The position numbers were made by a program, and so were the translations under genes. Shown here in pieces: positions 1 to 9,249 of a DNA stretch of 45,837 nt; positions within the stretch are counted from its first letter, which is position 1, and each line of letters begins with the position of its first letter. This DNA comes from a virus. Its lineage: Duplodnaviria; Caudoviricetes. The notes below the pieces were generated by a model, which saw only the letters and a program-made list of their open reading frames with translations, had not been told where the DNA came from and did not search any database. Where the stretch lies: positions 1-45,837 of the IMG/VR virus record IMGVR_UViG_3300038318_000164, one strand, 5' to 3'.

Positions 1-751
1 CTACCAGCACTTGCCCATCCTTATCTTTTACCTCTTGACTAATAACAAAGTGACCTCTAAGTCCTTCATCCCTATCCGGGTCAGGTTCAAGTCCTCTATC
101 TCCCTTTATGAAATACCAAACTCCTTGTGTAGTGTGATATTCTACTTTTACAACTTCTTTCTTTACCCCATCAGGTAAATATCTGGTGATAGAATAAACT
201 CTTAATACAGCTTCTAATATAGTATGGTCGGCATCTGCCCAGAATGGAATAATCTCCTCTGATGGAATTCTTTTAAAGCTTAGTTCTCCTAAATTATTGT
301 AATATACCTGTACCCAAGCGATTCCATTAATAATAGCATCTCTTCCGACGTTCTTTAACATCTTTAAGAATTTTTTGTTAATATACCCAGCCAAAGCATT
401 TGAGAAGTTCTCGTCATCACATTGGATACTTAATTCCTTACTAAGTAGATAATTGACTTTCTGATTTGTTAATTTACGCATGAATGGATGGGCAAGCTTA
501 CTATTACTTAGATTGGTAACTTCTTGTTTAACGCCCTTTCTATCTATATAGTAACGTTTTCTATCTTTGATGTCATTATCATTCATGTAATAATCTTGTG
601 CTTTGAGCATTAGTTTTCGCTTCTCACTATCTTGCCATTCGTTAATCATTGAAAACAAAAACTCTTGCTGTGGCTTTCCAAGATTGGTCAGTTTGGTTAT
701 CTTGTTTTTAATATCCCTCATTGCAGAGGTTTGATAATTGTTTAAAAACAT
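1..751 (-). CDS. Phage portal protein, SPP1 gp6-like (runs off the window edge)
   Basis: Not in the ORF track. I translated the first ~100 codons: MFLNNYQTSAMRDIKNKITKLTNLGKPQQEFLFSMINEWQDSEKRKLMLKAQDYYMNDNDIKDRKRYY...SNSKLAHPFMRKLTNQKVNYLLSK. AGGAGG RBS upstream; lies downstream of terL. Confidence 0.85.
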   Translation of the reverse strand, partial: MFLNNYQTSAMRDIKNKITKLTNLGKPQQEFLFSMINEWQDSEKRKLMLKAQDYYMNDNDIKDRKRYYIDRKGVKQEVTNLSNSKLAHPFMRKLTNQKVNYLLSKELSIQCDDENFSNALAGYINKKFLKMLKNVGRDAIINGIAWVQVYYNNLGELSFKRIPSEEIIPFWADADHTILEAVLRVYSITRYLPDGVKKEVVKVEYHTTQGVWYFIKGDRGLEPDPDRDEGLRGHFVISQEVKDKDGQVLV

Positions 752-775
752 ATGGTAGCTGCCTCCTTTTCTTAC

Positions 776-787
776 TATTATATAGAA
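776..787 (-). promoter_or_regulatory. Phage-type promoter motif TTCTATATAATA upstream of portal
   Basis: The same motif recurs in 7 intergenic gaps. Confidence 0.55.
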
Positions 788-859
788 CTTAGTTGTTTAA
801 CGATTATTATACTTAACAACTTGAAAAACCGACTTTGTACAATCGTTTGTACAAGGTTT

Positions 860-1114
860 TTATTGACCTCCCCATATATTAGGTCGCCTCATTTTCTCAC
901 TTAATCTTGCTATAATGTAATCATAGTTATTTCTATCATGAGGTATGGAGCAATTGCTGCAATCCTTTATCCCATTATCTAATATAGTATAATTCCCTGA
1001 ACACTCTGTTAGATATAAAGGGCAATAACAGAATAAACAATTCATTTCCTCCAAGCCCTTATGACAAGGATAATATTCACATTTTTTGTTACTAAAGTAT
1101 TTGTAATTATCCAT
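860..1114 (-). CDS. Cysteine-rich small domain (zf-like) protein
   Basis: CEYYPCH...NCLFCYCPLY...KDCSNCSIPH pattern. Confidence 0.8.
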   Translation of the reverse strand: MDNYKYFSNKKCEYYPCHKGLEEMNCLFCYCPLYLTECSGNYTILDNGIKDCSNCSIPHDRNNYDYIIARLSEKMRRPNIWGGQ

Positions 1115-1123
1115 CTGTTCTCC

Positions 1124-2425
1124 TTACCAGCTAAAGTTAGTTGAATTTAATTCTTCTGTTGCATATCTTAATGCGTCCATTAAATGGTTATATTCATCTA
1201 TTGGGTCAGTGCTTGGCTTCCCTGTATCCTTATCTGTATCCCATACATAGTTACTCAATTCTACTATAGTATTAACACAGGATGGATGAACATATATCTT
1301 GTAATCCTGCAGCTTTTGTATTCCTGCTTTAACTGAGCCTTTGACTTTCTTTGCTCCGAACATTCTATATAATCCAAGGTCTTTTAATTCATCAATTGTT
1401 TTAGGGTCTGCCGAGTCTGCACATATTCTTGCCTTCTCAAATCCTTTATACTTTAATGTTGCATGTATATCCTTGTTCTTCATATGGGTTTTATACACTT
1501 CGTCATAGATGAATATCTTCTTCTCTTTCTCATCGGCCAGTAATGCAATGAATGCTGTAGGGTCATTGGTATATCCAAAGTCAATTCCATGAAGTTGCCT
1601 ATATTTAGGAGAGTCGTCTCTATCAAGTTGACGTTTCATATACTCAGCATCAAAGTCAAGTTCCTGCCAATTCTCAAATACAAGTCCTTCTGCGATACCC
1701 CATTCTCCAAGTCCTTCTATACTATATCTTCGAGGATTCTCTTCTTTCATCTTTTCGAATATACGGATGTCATCATCTCCAAGGAATTCGTTACAATCAT
1801 AATTCTTTGTTTGTGCTAATATATCTCCATCCTTACTTATTTCATTTCTGGCCACCTTATCGAAGAATCGACTCTTGAGCCATATCTTTTCACTCCAAGG
1901 GTTAAACGTAAGTGTGTGCTGTTTAAATAATGGTTCAGGCATTTCACCTCTTATAGACATATCAACTTTGTTAAAATCCTCTTCATTTGTACATTGGAAT
2001 GCTTCCTCCCACCATACCCAACATAACTCCCCATCTTCTACTGTAATAGATGTTATTGATTGAGGGTCATCTAATCCTCTGAACATTATCTTCTGTCCTG
2101 AAGGTATATAGGTTAATTCAAGAGGAGATTTCGTTGCTTTCCATAGATGGGAAACCCCCATTCTATTTATAGCCCATTTAAGCTGAGCGAAGGTACTATC
2201 TCTATGTGTATTGTAATACCTTCTAATTACGAGTGTACAAGGTTTTAATCCATAAGTGTGCCAGTACTTCATCATATTATATGGAAACCAGAAAGAGGCG
2301 GTTGTAGACTTCTTACTACCTCTGCCTCCTTTAAGCACTCTGTAACGCCCTTTGAAATTCCAAAACTTCTTATATCCTTTACCTATTAATTTAGGTAAGC
2401 TCTTTTTTGTAACTAAATCAGGCAT
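1124..2425 (-). CDS. terL: Terminase large subunit, PBSX family
   Basis: Walker A GGRGSKKS, WWEEA Walker B, nuclease motifs GIDFGYTNDPT and NHLMDALRY. Confidence 0.95.
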   Translation of the reverse strand: MPDLVTKKSLPKLIGKGYKKFWNFKGRYRVLKGGRGSKKSTTASFWFPYNMMKYWHTYGLKPCTLVIRRYYNTHRDSTFAQLKWAINRMGVSHLWKATKSPLELTYIPSGQKIMFRGLDDPQSITSITVEDGELCWVWWEEAFQCTNEEDFNKVDMSIRGEMPEPLFKQHTLTFNPWSEKIWLKSRFFDKVARNEISKDGDILAQTKNYDCNEFLGDDDIRIFEKMKEENPRRYSIEGLGEWGIAEGLVFENWQELDFDAEYMKRQLDRDDSPKYRQLHGIDFGYTNDPTAFIALLADEKEKKIFIYDEVYKTHMKNKDIHATLKYKGFEKARICADSADPKTIDELKDLGLYRMFGAKKVKGSVKAGIQKLQDYKIYVHPSCVNTIVELSNYVWDTDKDTGKPSTDPIDEYNHLMDALRYATEELNSTNFSW

Positions 2426-2428
2426 TGC

Positions 2429-2725
2429 TCATCTCCTCACCCCTTTATTAGAATTAAAGTAATATTGTCTTTGTTTATTCTTCTTTTGTTTGGTTGTTAA
2501 GACTTCTCTATATTTAGAGTCTGTTGTTAATCGTCTTGCCGCTTCTATCATAAACGGTTTGTTTGGGATTGTTTTCTTTTGTAGTAGTCTAATAATAACA
2601 TAACAGGTTGATAGTTTTTTAAAGTGTCCATGATTTTCATAGTTACCTTCGGTATTGACTACAATATAATCTCTTTGATTTTGTAGTATCTTATATTCAT
2701 CTATCACGCCGACAACTCTGCTCAT
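2429..2725 (-). CDS. Hypothetical phage protein
   Basis: ORF with RBS between terS and terL. Confidence 0.65.
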   Translation of the reverse strand: MSRVVGVIDEYKILQNQRDYIVVNTEGNYENHGHFKKLSTCYVIIRLLQKKTIPNKPFMIEAARRLTTDSKYREVLTTKQKKNKQRQYYFNSNKGVRR

Positions 2726-2743
2726 CTATTCGCCCCACTTTAT

Positions 2744-3292
2744 CTATTCTTCTAATTCATCTTCCCCAGTAAATACAACAGAACCATTCATGTTAATTGT
2801 TTCTTCGTTAAATCCTTGCATTTTGTTTAATTCCGCTACTGCATCTGTTATACCTTTATTGTTTACTTGGGATGCTCTTCTGGATTTACGTTGTTTTAAC
2901 ATTAACTGAACCAGCATTGCAGCTTTGTCAGGATTCTCCTGTATTTGTTTCTGTAACAACTCCAGCTCTTCCTCTGCTGCATCTTCTATTCTGTTTAAAT
3001 CTTTCTTGTTTATATCTATTACATACCTTAGAGTTTCAATGGATTGTTCTCTTGTCCACATTGTCTTCTTTGTTTCTTCTTCTCTCATGTTGTACAATAA
3101 TTCCTCGTATCGTTGTTTAATCTTAGCATTCTTAAACAATTTTGATGCTTCTGTATCTATACTATTTCTCTTCCAAGTCTTCTTAGAAGGATAAGCTTTT
3201 AGGTAAGCTTCGTATTGAGAAGAACCTTTTAACAATTCTTGTATAAATACTTCTTGGGGTTTTGTTAATTTGTTTACTCTTGCTGATGCCAT
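2744..3292 (-). CDS. terS: Terminase small subunit
   Basis: N-terminal LTKPQEVF...AYLKAY...ASKLFKNAKIKQR HTH pattern; position upstream of terL. Confidence 0.8.
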   Translation of the reverse strand: MASARVNKLTKPQEVFIQELLKGSSQYEAYLKAYPSKKTWKRNSIDTEASKLFKNAKIKQRYEELLYNMREEETKKTMWTREQSIETLRYVIDINKKDLNRIEDAAEEELELLQKQIQENPDKAAMLVQLMLKQRKSRRASQVNNKGITDAVAELNKMQGFNEETINMNGSVVFTGEDELEE

Positions 3293-3322
3293 TCTATCTT
3301 ATCCTCCTTTCTTATATATATT

Positions 3323-3499
3323 CTAATTCATATCTTCTTTTATATCTATTAGTTCTTGTATTAATTCTGATGCTTGTTCTTTTGTTAATTCATCTAAGTC
3401 TTCTTTTGGTTCTAAGTCTATATCTTTATATAAATCTAATATATAATCCTTTTGTTTTTCTGTTATCATTGTTTCATTTATATATCTAAATTTGCTCAT
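3323..3499 (-). CDS. Small acidic hypothetical protein (58 aa, not in ORF track)
   Basis: MSKFRYINETMITEKQKDYILDLYKDIDLEPKEDLDELTKEQASELIQELIDIKEDMN with AGGAG RBS. Confidence 0.65.
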   Translation of the reverse strand: MSKFRYINETMITEKQKDYILDLYKDIDLEPKEDLDELTKEQASELIQELIDIKEDMN

Positions 3500-3514
3500 A
3501 TTAGGTTATCTCCT

Positions 3515-3970
3515 TTACTCAATTCTATCTATTCCATATTCTACTGCACATTGATGTTCTATTTTACATCCTCTCGCATTTTCCCACCCTGGAACAAAAT
3601 AGGCTATATCTGCTTCTGCTAAGTATTCTAATGATTTAGCTAAATAATGCAATGGTTTTTTATCTGGCCCAAAATCATCAAAGAATGTTTCTAATACTTC
3701 AACTTCTTCTCCAAGTATATCTTTTGTTATATTAATAGCTTCATTTCTTTCCCTTAATATCTCCTCATCTGTTTTACCATTCATGGGTTGAGATATAAAT
3801 AACTTTTTCATTGTCTTTTTCTCCTCCTCGATATTTTCCATTAGCTTGGTCTCTTTATTACCGCAATATATACATGGTTCTTGTTCTCTCTGTTCACTTG
3901 CTGAATATTGATTTCCTTTACACTTTGGGCATTTATATCTATACATCTTATCCCTCCTCAGCTTGTACAA
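3515..3970 (-). CDS. DUF4406-like protein with N-terminal zinc-ribbon extension (internal start likely at 3811)
   Basis: MKKLFISQPMNGKT...GWENARGCKIEH; CPKC..CIYC N-terminus; internal GAGGAG RBS. Confidence 0.7.
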   Translation of the reverse strand: MYKLRRDKMYRYKCPKCKGNQYSASEQREQEPCIYCGNKETKLMENIEEEKKTMKKLFISQPMNGKTDEEILRERNEAINITKDILGEEVEVLETFFDDFGPDKKPLHYLAKSLEYLAEADIAYFVPGWENARGCKIEHQCAVEYGIDRIE

Positions 3971-4003
3971 ACTTTATTTTCTTTAACATTTTCGCGCCCA
4001 CCT

Positions 4004-4297
4004 TTACGCATATACTATTTGACTTTCTTTTACTCCAGCTAATTGCTTTTCATTATCCTTAGCTACTACTATAATGGTTTGAGCCTTATTCTTTGTTGTT
4101 CCCTTTATACGCAAGCTGTTTTGTTTTAGTTGTAACGGGAATCTTTGAAGTAAGATAGCTAAGTCTTTTATCAGCGGTTTTACATCTTCTTGTTTATTTA
4201 CTACTATGAATACTACTCTATGCTCTAATGATACCGGAGCTAATTTATCGAATAGTTGTACAGCTTGTTCCTGCTCTGTGAAATAATACATTCCCAT
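4004..4297 (-). CDS. Hypothetical protein
   Basis: ORF with GAGGAGG RBS. Confidence 0.65.
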   Translation of the reverse strand: MGMYYFTEQEQAVQLFDKLAPVSLEHRVVFIVVNKQEDVKPLIKDLAILLQRFPLQLKQNSLRIKGTTKNKAQTIIVVAKDNEKQLAGVKESQIVYA

Positions 4298-4310
4298 TTC
4301 CTCCTCAATA

Positions 4311-4343
4311 TAAAAAGCCTCTCAATAGGTTTGAAAGGCTTTT
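4311..4343 (-). terminator. Rho-independent terminator/attenuator
   Basis: AAAAGCCUUUCAA/UUGAGAGGCUUUU 13-bp stem (one G-U pair) ending in a U tract. Confidence 0.65.
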
Positions 4344-4381
4344 GAGTGTTCGAAGTTTGGGTATACTTATCCCTCAATATT

Positions 4382-4410
4382 ATTATATAACATATTTACT
4401 TATTGTTCAA
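4382..4410 (-). promoter_or_regulatory. Sigma-A type promoter
   Basis: TTGAAC-17 nt-TATAAT with the shared AATATGTTA spacer end. Confidence 0.7.
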
Positions 4411-4418
4411 CTGTTATT

Positions 4419-4757
4419 TCAGATTAATTGGAATAAGTTCAAAGCGTAACAGTTCATTGCTACTCTATATACAATTTCCCTTCTTATTACATATCCATTA
4501 GGTTCTTCAGTATGTAATAGTTCTTCACATACCCATCTATAATGTCCAGCATTGCTTAGTCTCTTTCTATGATGGTCAGCTTCGAAATAAAATTCTTTCA
4601 TCATTATCTCATGACTTGTCCCCTTGAAGAATTCTAATGCTTTATCAATTGCTTGCTTCATTCTTATTTCCGTATCTAATTTACTTCGACTAATATCTTT
4701 ATAGGTGTATAAACACTTTTCGATATATCGATACTGCCAATTTTCGATAATCCTCAT
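4419..4757 (-). CDS. Putative late transcriptional regulator (RinA/ArpU-like)
   Basis: YIEKCLYTY...AIDKALE...EFYF...RREIVYRVA pattern; position before the packaging genes. Confidence 0.45.
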   Translation of the reverse strand: MRIIENWQYRYIEKCLYTYKDISRSKLDTEIRMKQAIDKALEFFKGTSHEIMMKEFYFEADHHRKRLSNAGHYRWVCEELLHTEEPNGYVIRREIVYRVAMNCYALNLFQLI

Positions 4758-4767
4758 TCCCTCACCT

Positions 4768-4965
4768 CTATTTAGTTTTTTCGGTTTCGTTCACTTCCCT
4801 TTGCTTAACCTCGAATAATGGTTTTAATAGTGATTCTGCCATAAACTTTTTAAAGCATATTGCTCCAAAGCCTATTTCTATAGATTCAGGGGCCTTTAGC
4901 TTTCTTCCACATCTCTTACAGATATCGCTTCTTCGGTGATTTCCTTGATTTTGAATATTTTCCAT
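4768..4965 (-). CDS. DUF6011-like zinc-finger protein (start reassigned to MENIQ)
   Basis: CKRCGRKL...SIEIGFGAIC; GGAAGGTGG RBS. Confidence 0.7.
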   Translation of the reverse strand: MENIQNQGNHRRSDICKRCGRKLKAPESIEIGFGAICFKKFMAESLLKPLFEVKQREVNETEKTK

Positions 4966-5101
4966 TATCGCCACCTTCCTTTCTGTAACAGGTATAACTA
5001 CATTGTATTTTCCCTTTAGCCCTATACATATGACAAGGAGCAGGGATAAATTCCTTGCCACAGTAACTACATTTCTTGAATCCTAAATTCGACCATACCA
5101 T
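4916..5101 (-). CDS. Small zinc-finger protein
   Basis: CSYCGKEF...CSYTC. Confidence 0.55.
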   Translation of the reverse strand: MVWSNLGFKKCSYCGKEFIPAPCHMYRAKGKIQCSYTCYRKEGGDNGKYSKSRKSPKKRYL

Positions 5102-5112
5102 ATCTTTATCCC

Positions 5113-6051
5113 TTATAAAACTGAAGCTAATATAAATTCAATGGACATATCCTGTTCAATAGCTCCAGTTTTTATTCCTTTCTCTGTTTCTCTTATAATT
5201 CTTATTGCTCTTACTAATTCGCTGATATTGTAATGAACACCTTTTTCTTTTGCTAACTTTACCTGCCAAGGGGTCAACCCAGTTCTCTTAGTTATCTCAG
5301 CTCCTTTTCCAGCACCTTGAACCAATAACATTGACCTGAAGTTTGTATACAATAAACTGATAATACCAAGAGGACTTTCATTAACTGCCTTTAATTCCTC
5401 CAATAATGTATAACTTCTATTTATTTGACGTTTACATATTGCATCTATTAATTCAAATATAACATCTTTAGGAGCTATATATATTAGTTTATCCTTAACC
5501 GCTATCTCATAAGCTGTATCTATATCACAATTTTTTGCATTAGCTAAATGCTTTAACTTATCACATTCTAATAATATCCTACTATAGTTACAATCACATA
5601 GTTCTGCGAATTGTACACCTTTCTTTACATCTAACCCAATTTCTTTCTTAATATGCTTAGCCAATACTTTGGGAATAAGTTTTTGAAATTCTGTAATCAT
5701 ATCTGTATGATGCTTATAGAATTTACTCCTCTTATCTAAGTTACTATATACTAATATGATTATGTTATCACCTTGTACAACTCCATTATTTAGGCTGTCC
5801 CATATCTTCTCTTGAGCTAAATAATCTTTATCATCCCGAATAACATAACAGCTTGGCTTATTGATAAACGATTGATTTTGTAATTTTCCGAATATGGAAC
5901 CTATACTATCAACTCTTTTAGGTTTCACATTCATTATTTCTGCTATCTTATCAATATAGATATTCATTATAGCAATTTCTTCGCCGGTAAAGATATAAAG
6001 AGGTTGTAGAGTTTTCTTAACCAATTGCTCTTTGAGTTCATGTAATTGCAT
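5113..6051 (-). CDS. holA: DNA polymerase III clamp-loader delta subunit-like
   Basis: PLYIFTGEE N-terminus, ECDKL, C-terminal IKTG; cluster with dnaX and holB. Confidence 0.8.
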   Translation of the reverse strand: MQLHELKEQLVKKTLQPLYIFTGEEIAIMNIYIDKIAEIMNVKPKRVDSIGSIFGKLQNQSFINKPSCYVIRDDKDYLAQEKIWDSLNNGVVQGDNIIILVYSNLDKRSKFYKHHTDMITEFQKLIPKVLAKHIKKEIGLDVKKGVQFAELCDCNYSRILLECDKLKHLANAKNCDIDTAYEIAVKDKLIYIAPKDVIFELIDAICKRQINRSYTLLEELKAVNESPLGIISLLYTNFRSMLLVQGAGKGAEITKRTGLTPWQVKLAKEKGVHYNISELVRAIRIIRETEKGIKTGAIEQDMSIEFILASVL

Positions 6052-6111
6052 TTTTCAGCGGCTCCTTTCTTCTCATATTCTTGGCAGACCGTTCTATCTT
6101 CTGGTACATAT

Positions 6112-6852
6112 TCACCACAGAGGACGCGCTGGTCTTTGCACCTCATGGCTTTCTATGCGTTCCTTTGCTATCTTAAAATATTTATCATCAAGCTCTATGC
6201 CAATGAAGTTACGGTTGGTATTCACACAAGCCACCCCTGTTGTGCCTGAACCCATGCAATTATCTAAAACTGTTTCTCCTTCGTTGGTATATGTCTTGAT
6301 TAAATACTCGAATAAGGCTACTGGTTTTTGGGTTGGATGAAGCCTATTTCTTCGATTGGCGTTGCTTTTTACTATCAGTGATGTCGGATACCTTCTCCCG
6401 CTTTCGTTTTTACAGCTAACAGCAACTTGTTTACCCCAGTTTTCACTTTCTCGTAAAGAAAACCCATTATCATAAGGCTCTCCTTTAGTGAACTGTGGAT
6501 TGTATACAGGTAGTCTTTTGTAAAAAACTAATATGTTTTCATGTCTTTTTAATGGCCTTCGTTTAGCATTCAAATGTCCAGAAGCTGCTATTTTATCCCA
6601 TATCCATTCATATTTGAACCACTTTATGTTACTCATAACCAACATACTAGTAAACGGTTGACTTGCTGTCAATACGATAGCGCCATTATCTTTAATAACT
6701 CGCTTATATTGTTCCCACAATGGTTCCAAAGGAATTATTGTATCCCACTTGTTGGCCGTCATTCCATAAGGCAAATCACACAAAATCATATCAACCGATT
6801 TGTCTGGTATGTCTTTCATCAGTTCAAGACAATCGCCATGAAGTAGTTTCAT
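6112..6852 (-). CDS. DNA amino-methyltransferase (N6A/N4C, beta class)
   Basis: Catalytic DLPY motif, HPTQKP, SAM-binding DNCMGSGTT. Confidence 0.92.
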   Translation of the reverse strand: MKLLHGDCLELMKDIPDKSVDMILCDLPYGMTANKWDTIIPLEPLWEQYKRVIKDNGAIVLTASQPFTSMLVMSNIKWFKYEWIWDKIAASGHLNAKRRPLKRHENILVFYKRLPVYNPQFTKGEPYDNGFSLRESENWGKQVAVSCKNESGRRYPTSLIVKSNANRRNRLHPTQKPVALFEYLIKTYTNEGETVLDNCMGSGTTGVACVNTNRNFIGIELDDKYFKIAKERIESHEVQRPARPLW

Positions 6853-6853
6853 T

Positions 6854-7696
6854 TTATCCCTCCTTTATCCATATCCCTCTCATTTCCAATATCCACATAT
6901 CAATTGTAGAACTTTTATTTATGCCTGTAATATTGATTTGAGATAGGTACTTACTTGTTATAGCTATGCTATCTCTATATTGCTGTATAGGCTTTGTATC
7001 CATTTTCTTTCGACACATATACATTATAGTTCTAAGAAATAATGCTATATCCCATCCACCGTCATTTTCTTTATAGCTTAATTTTAATCCAATCTTGAAT
7101 GCATTTGCCCCATTTACTATTCCTATATTATCTACCACTGTTTTAGCGAAATCATAGAATGTTAATATATCATATCTTACCAGCGTATCCACTTCCCCAG
7201 GAACAGTACAAATATTTGAAATGATTTCCTGCTCTTCCTTTGTTAACTTATATTCTTTATCTTCTGCATACTTCAGCAAATCTGTCGGAGTATAAGGGTC
7301 TATATTTAAGACTGTTCCTCTACTCTTTAGGGTTGCTAATGTATTATTAATATCTTGTAAAGTCATTATAAAATAGGCTTTACGTGGAGGTTCTTCTGTA
7401 ATCTTTAGTAGTGCATTTTTTGCAGCTGGACTCATCTTATCTACGTCAGCTAATAGATAAACAATTGGCTCAGTTTGTTTATAAGCTAAGTCGATGATTT
7501 CTCTTACATCGTCTACTTTAATATTACTATTAATTAAATGAGCATCTAAGGCTTTGGCAATATAGCGGGCTATTGTTTTTCGCCCGCTTTGTTTATTGCC
7601 ACAGATGATAGTAAATCGAGGAAATCCAGCTTCAATCATTTTATCTATTCTTGTTAGAAGTCTTTCCTGACCTATCATCTTTATTCCTCCTGACAT
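6854..7696 (-). CDS. holB: DNA polymerase III clamp-loader delta' subunit-like
   Basis: Degenerate Walker A GNKQSGRKT, NALLKITEEPP, TLKSRG. Confidence 0.8.
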   Translation of the reverse strand: MSGGIKMIGQERLLTRIDKMIEAGFPRFTIICGNKQSGRKTIARYIAKALDAHLINSNIKVDDVREIIDLAYKQTEPIVYLLADVDKMSPAAKNALLKITEEPPRKAYFIMTLQDINNTLATLKSRGTVLNIDPYTPTDLLKYAEDKEYKLTKEEQEIISNICTVPGEVDTLVRYDILTFYDFAKTVVDNIGIVNGANAFKIGLKLSYKENDGGWDIALFLRTIMYMCRKKMDTKPIQQYRDSIAITSKYLSQINITGINKSSTIDMWILEMRGIWIKEG

Positions 7697-8727
7697 AATA
7701 AAATTATAGTAGCTTCAATTAATGGTTTAGGGCTTGGCTCCCATTTAATATCTGCATTTAACTTAATGATTTCTGCTAATAATTCCTTAACAAAATCATA
7801 GGTTTCATCATCCCAAGCATCTAACCTATCCACATAAGTTGATGGTATTTGTAGATATTCAAATCCTCCAAGTAAATAATACTTATAAGCATCTAATACA
7901 AAATAGCTGTATTGTTTAATGAATTGCTTTAAATCTATTCCACTTCTATGAGCTTCTTCTATAATGGTAACAGCGTCTCCTGCCCTCATATCTATGATAG
8001 CATCGGTTAAATCAAACATTACATCATAATCAATAGTTCCAAGAGCCTCTATAACGTGCGGTACAATAATATCAGGACTGAAGCTAAGACATTTGTCCAG
8101 TAAAGTTATTGCATCCCTCATTCCACCATCCGCTAATTTAGCTATGTAGCCAAGGGCTTCTATGTCATAAGTAATTGCTCCATCTGGGCCGCCATCATTT
8201 AATATTTCTTCATTCTCCATATCAAGAATATGTTTTAACCTATTAACAATGGAGTCATGAGTAATGCGTTGGAAGTCATATCTTTGAACTCTTGAAATGA
8301 TGGTTGCTGGTATCTTTTGGGGGTCAGTTGTACAGAAGATAAATATTGTCTGAGCTGGCGGTTCTTCTATTAACTTTAGCATTGCATTCCAAGCTCCAGT
8401 TGATAACATATGGCACTCGTCTATAATATAAACTTTGTAAGGAGCATCTAAAGCCTTAAATTTAGCATTCTCAATGATTTCCCTTACATTGTCCACTCCA
8501 TTGTTTGAAGCGGCATCAATCTCAATTGGGTTTCCTTTTCCTGCATTAATTTCGTTTGCAAATATTCTTGCGCAAGTGGTTTTTCCAGTTCCAGCCCCAC
8601 CTGTAAATAAATAACAGTTTTGATGAGTGTTTGTTCTTAATTGCTGCTGCAATATCTGTTTCACTGAATCTTGCTCTACCACATCATCAAAGGTCTTAGG
8701 ACGATATTTTATAGCAAGTGCTTTCAT
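7681..8727 (-). CDS. dnaX: DNA polymerase III subunit gamma (short DnaX)
   Basis: KYRPKTFDDVV, GGAGTGKTT, EIDAASNNGVD, IIDECHMLS, GGMRDA. Confidence 0.95.
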   Translation of the reverse strand: MKALAIKYRPKTFDDVVEQDSVKQILQQQLRTNTHQNCYLFTGGAGTGKTTCARIFANEINAGKGNPIEIDAASNNGVDNVREIIENAKFKALDAPYKVYIIDECHMLSTGAWNAMLKLIEEPPAQTIFIFCTTDPQKIPATIISRVQRYDFQRITHDSIVNRLKHILDMENEEILNDGGPDGAITYDIEALGYIAKLADGGMRDAITLLDKCLSFSPDIIVPHVIEALGTIDYDVMFDLTDAIIDMRAGDAVTIIEEAHRSGIDLKQFIKQYSYFVLDAYKYYLLGGFEYLQIPSTYVDRLDAWDDETYDFVKELLAEIIKLNADIKWEPSPKPLIEATIILLCQEE

Positions 8728-9083
8728 TATTTACTACCTCCAAACATTTTATCCAATATGTTTTTTAATTCTTCCGGCATTTCCTGATGATTCTGACACT
8801 GCTCACAATTACCATCGCAGGTATCTTCTTCATCAATATCTCCCATCAGGTCTCCAAATAGATTAGCTAAAATAGTCTCAATTGGATTTTCTTCTTTAAG
8901 TTTAGCTACTTCACTAAGCTCTGTTAACAATTCAGAAGTTGTAGAACCATCTAACTCGGCCATTCTTTCTATAATGGTTAATAGTCCAGACTTTGCAGCC
9001 ATCTTGCTTCCTCTTACTTCAATGGTTACCTTACCTTCTCTGTTCAGTTCGAATAATACTTTTGCTTCCAGTGCTTTCATCAT
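8727..9083 (-). CDS. Hypothetical protein
   Basis: Translationally coupled ORF; CDGNCEQC. Confidence 0.6.
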   Translation of the reverse strand: MMKALEAKVLFELNREGKVTIEVRGSKMAAKSGLLTIIERMAELDGSTTSELLTELSEVAKLKEENPIETILANLFGDLMGDIDEEDTCDGNCEQCQNHQEMPEELKNILDKMFGGSK

Positions 9084-9249
9084 TTTGAATCCTCCTCAAT
9101 TTTTCTTTTTGCTCTCTTTGTTTAAATACACAATTAGCATGAATAGTTCTCCAACCACCTTTATGTCTTTCAAAGTGGCCATCTCCTACTTCCACGGTTT
9201 TACCACAGTAATAACAGGTGCCTTTATATTTATTCCTCATTTGCTTCAC
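9031..9249 (-). CDS. Small zinc-binding hypothetical protein
   Basis: MRNKYKGTCYYCG...HANC. Confidence 0.6.
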   Translation of the reverse strand: MKQMRNKYKGTCYYCGKTVEVGDGHFERHKGGWRTIHANCVFKQREQKEKLRRIQNDESTGSKSIIRTEQRR

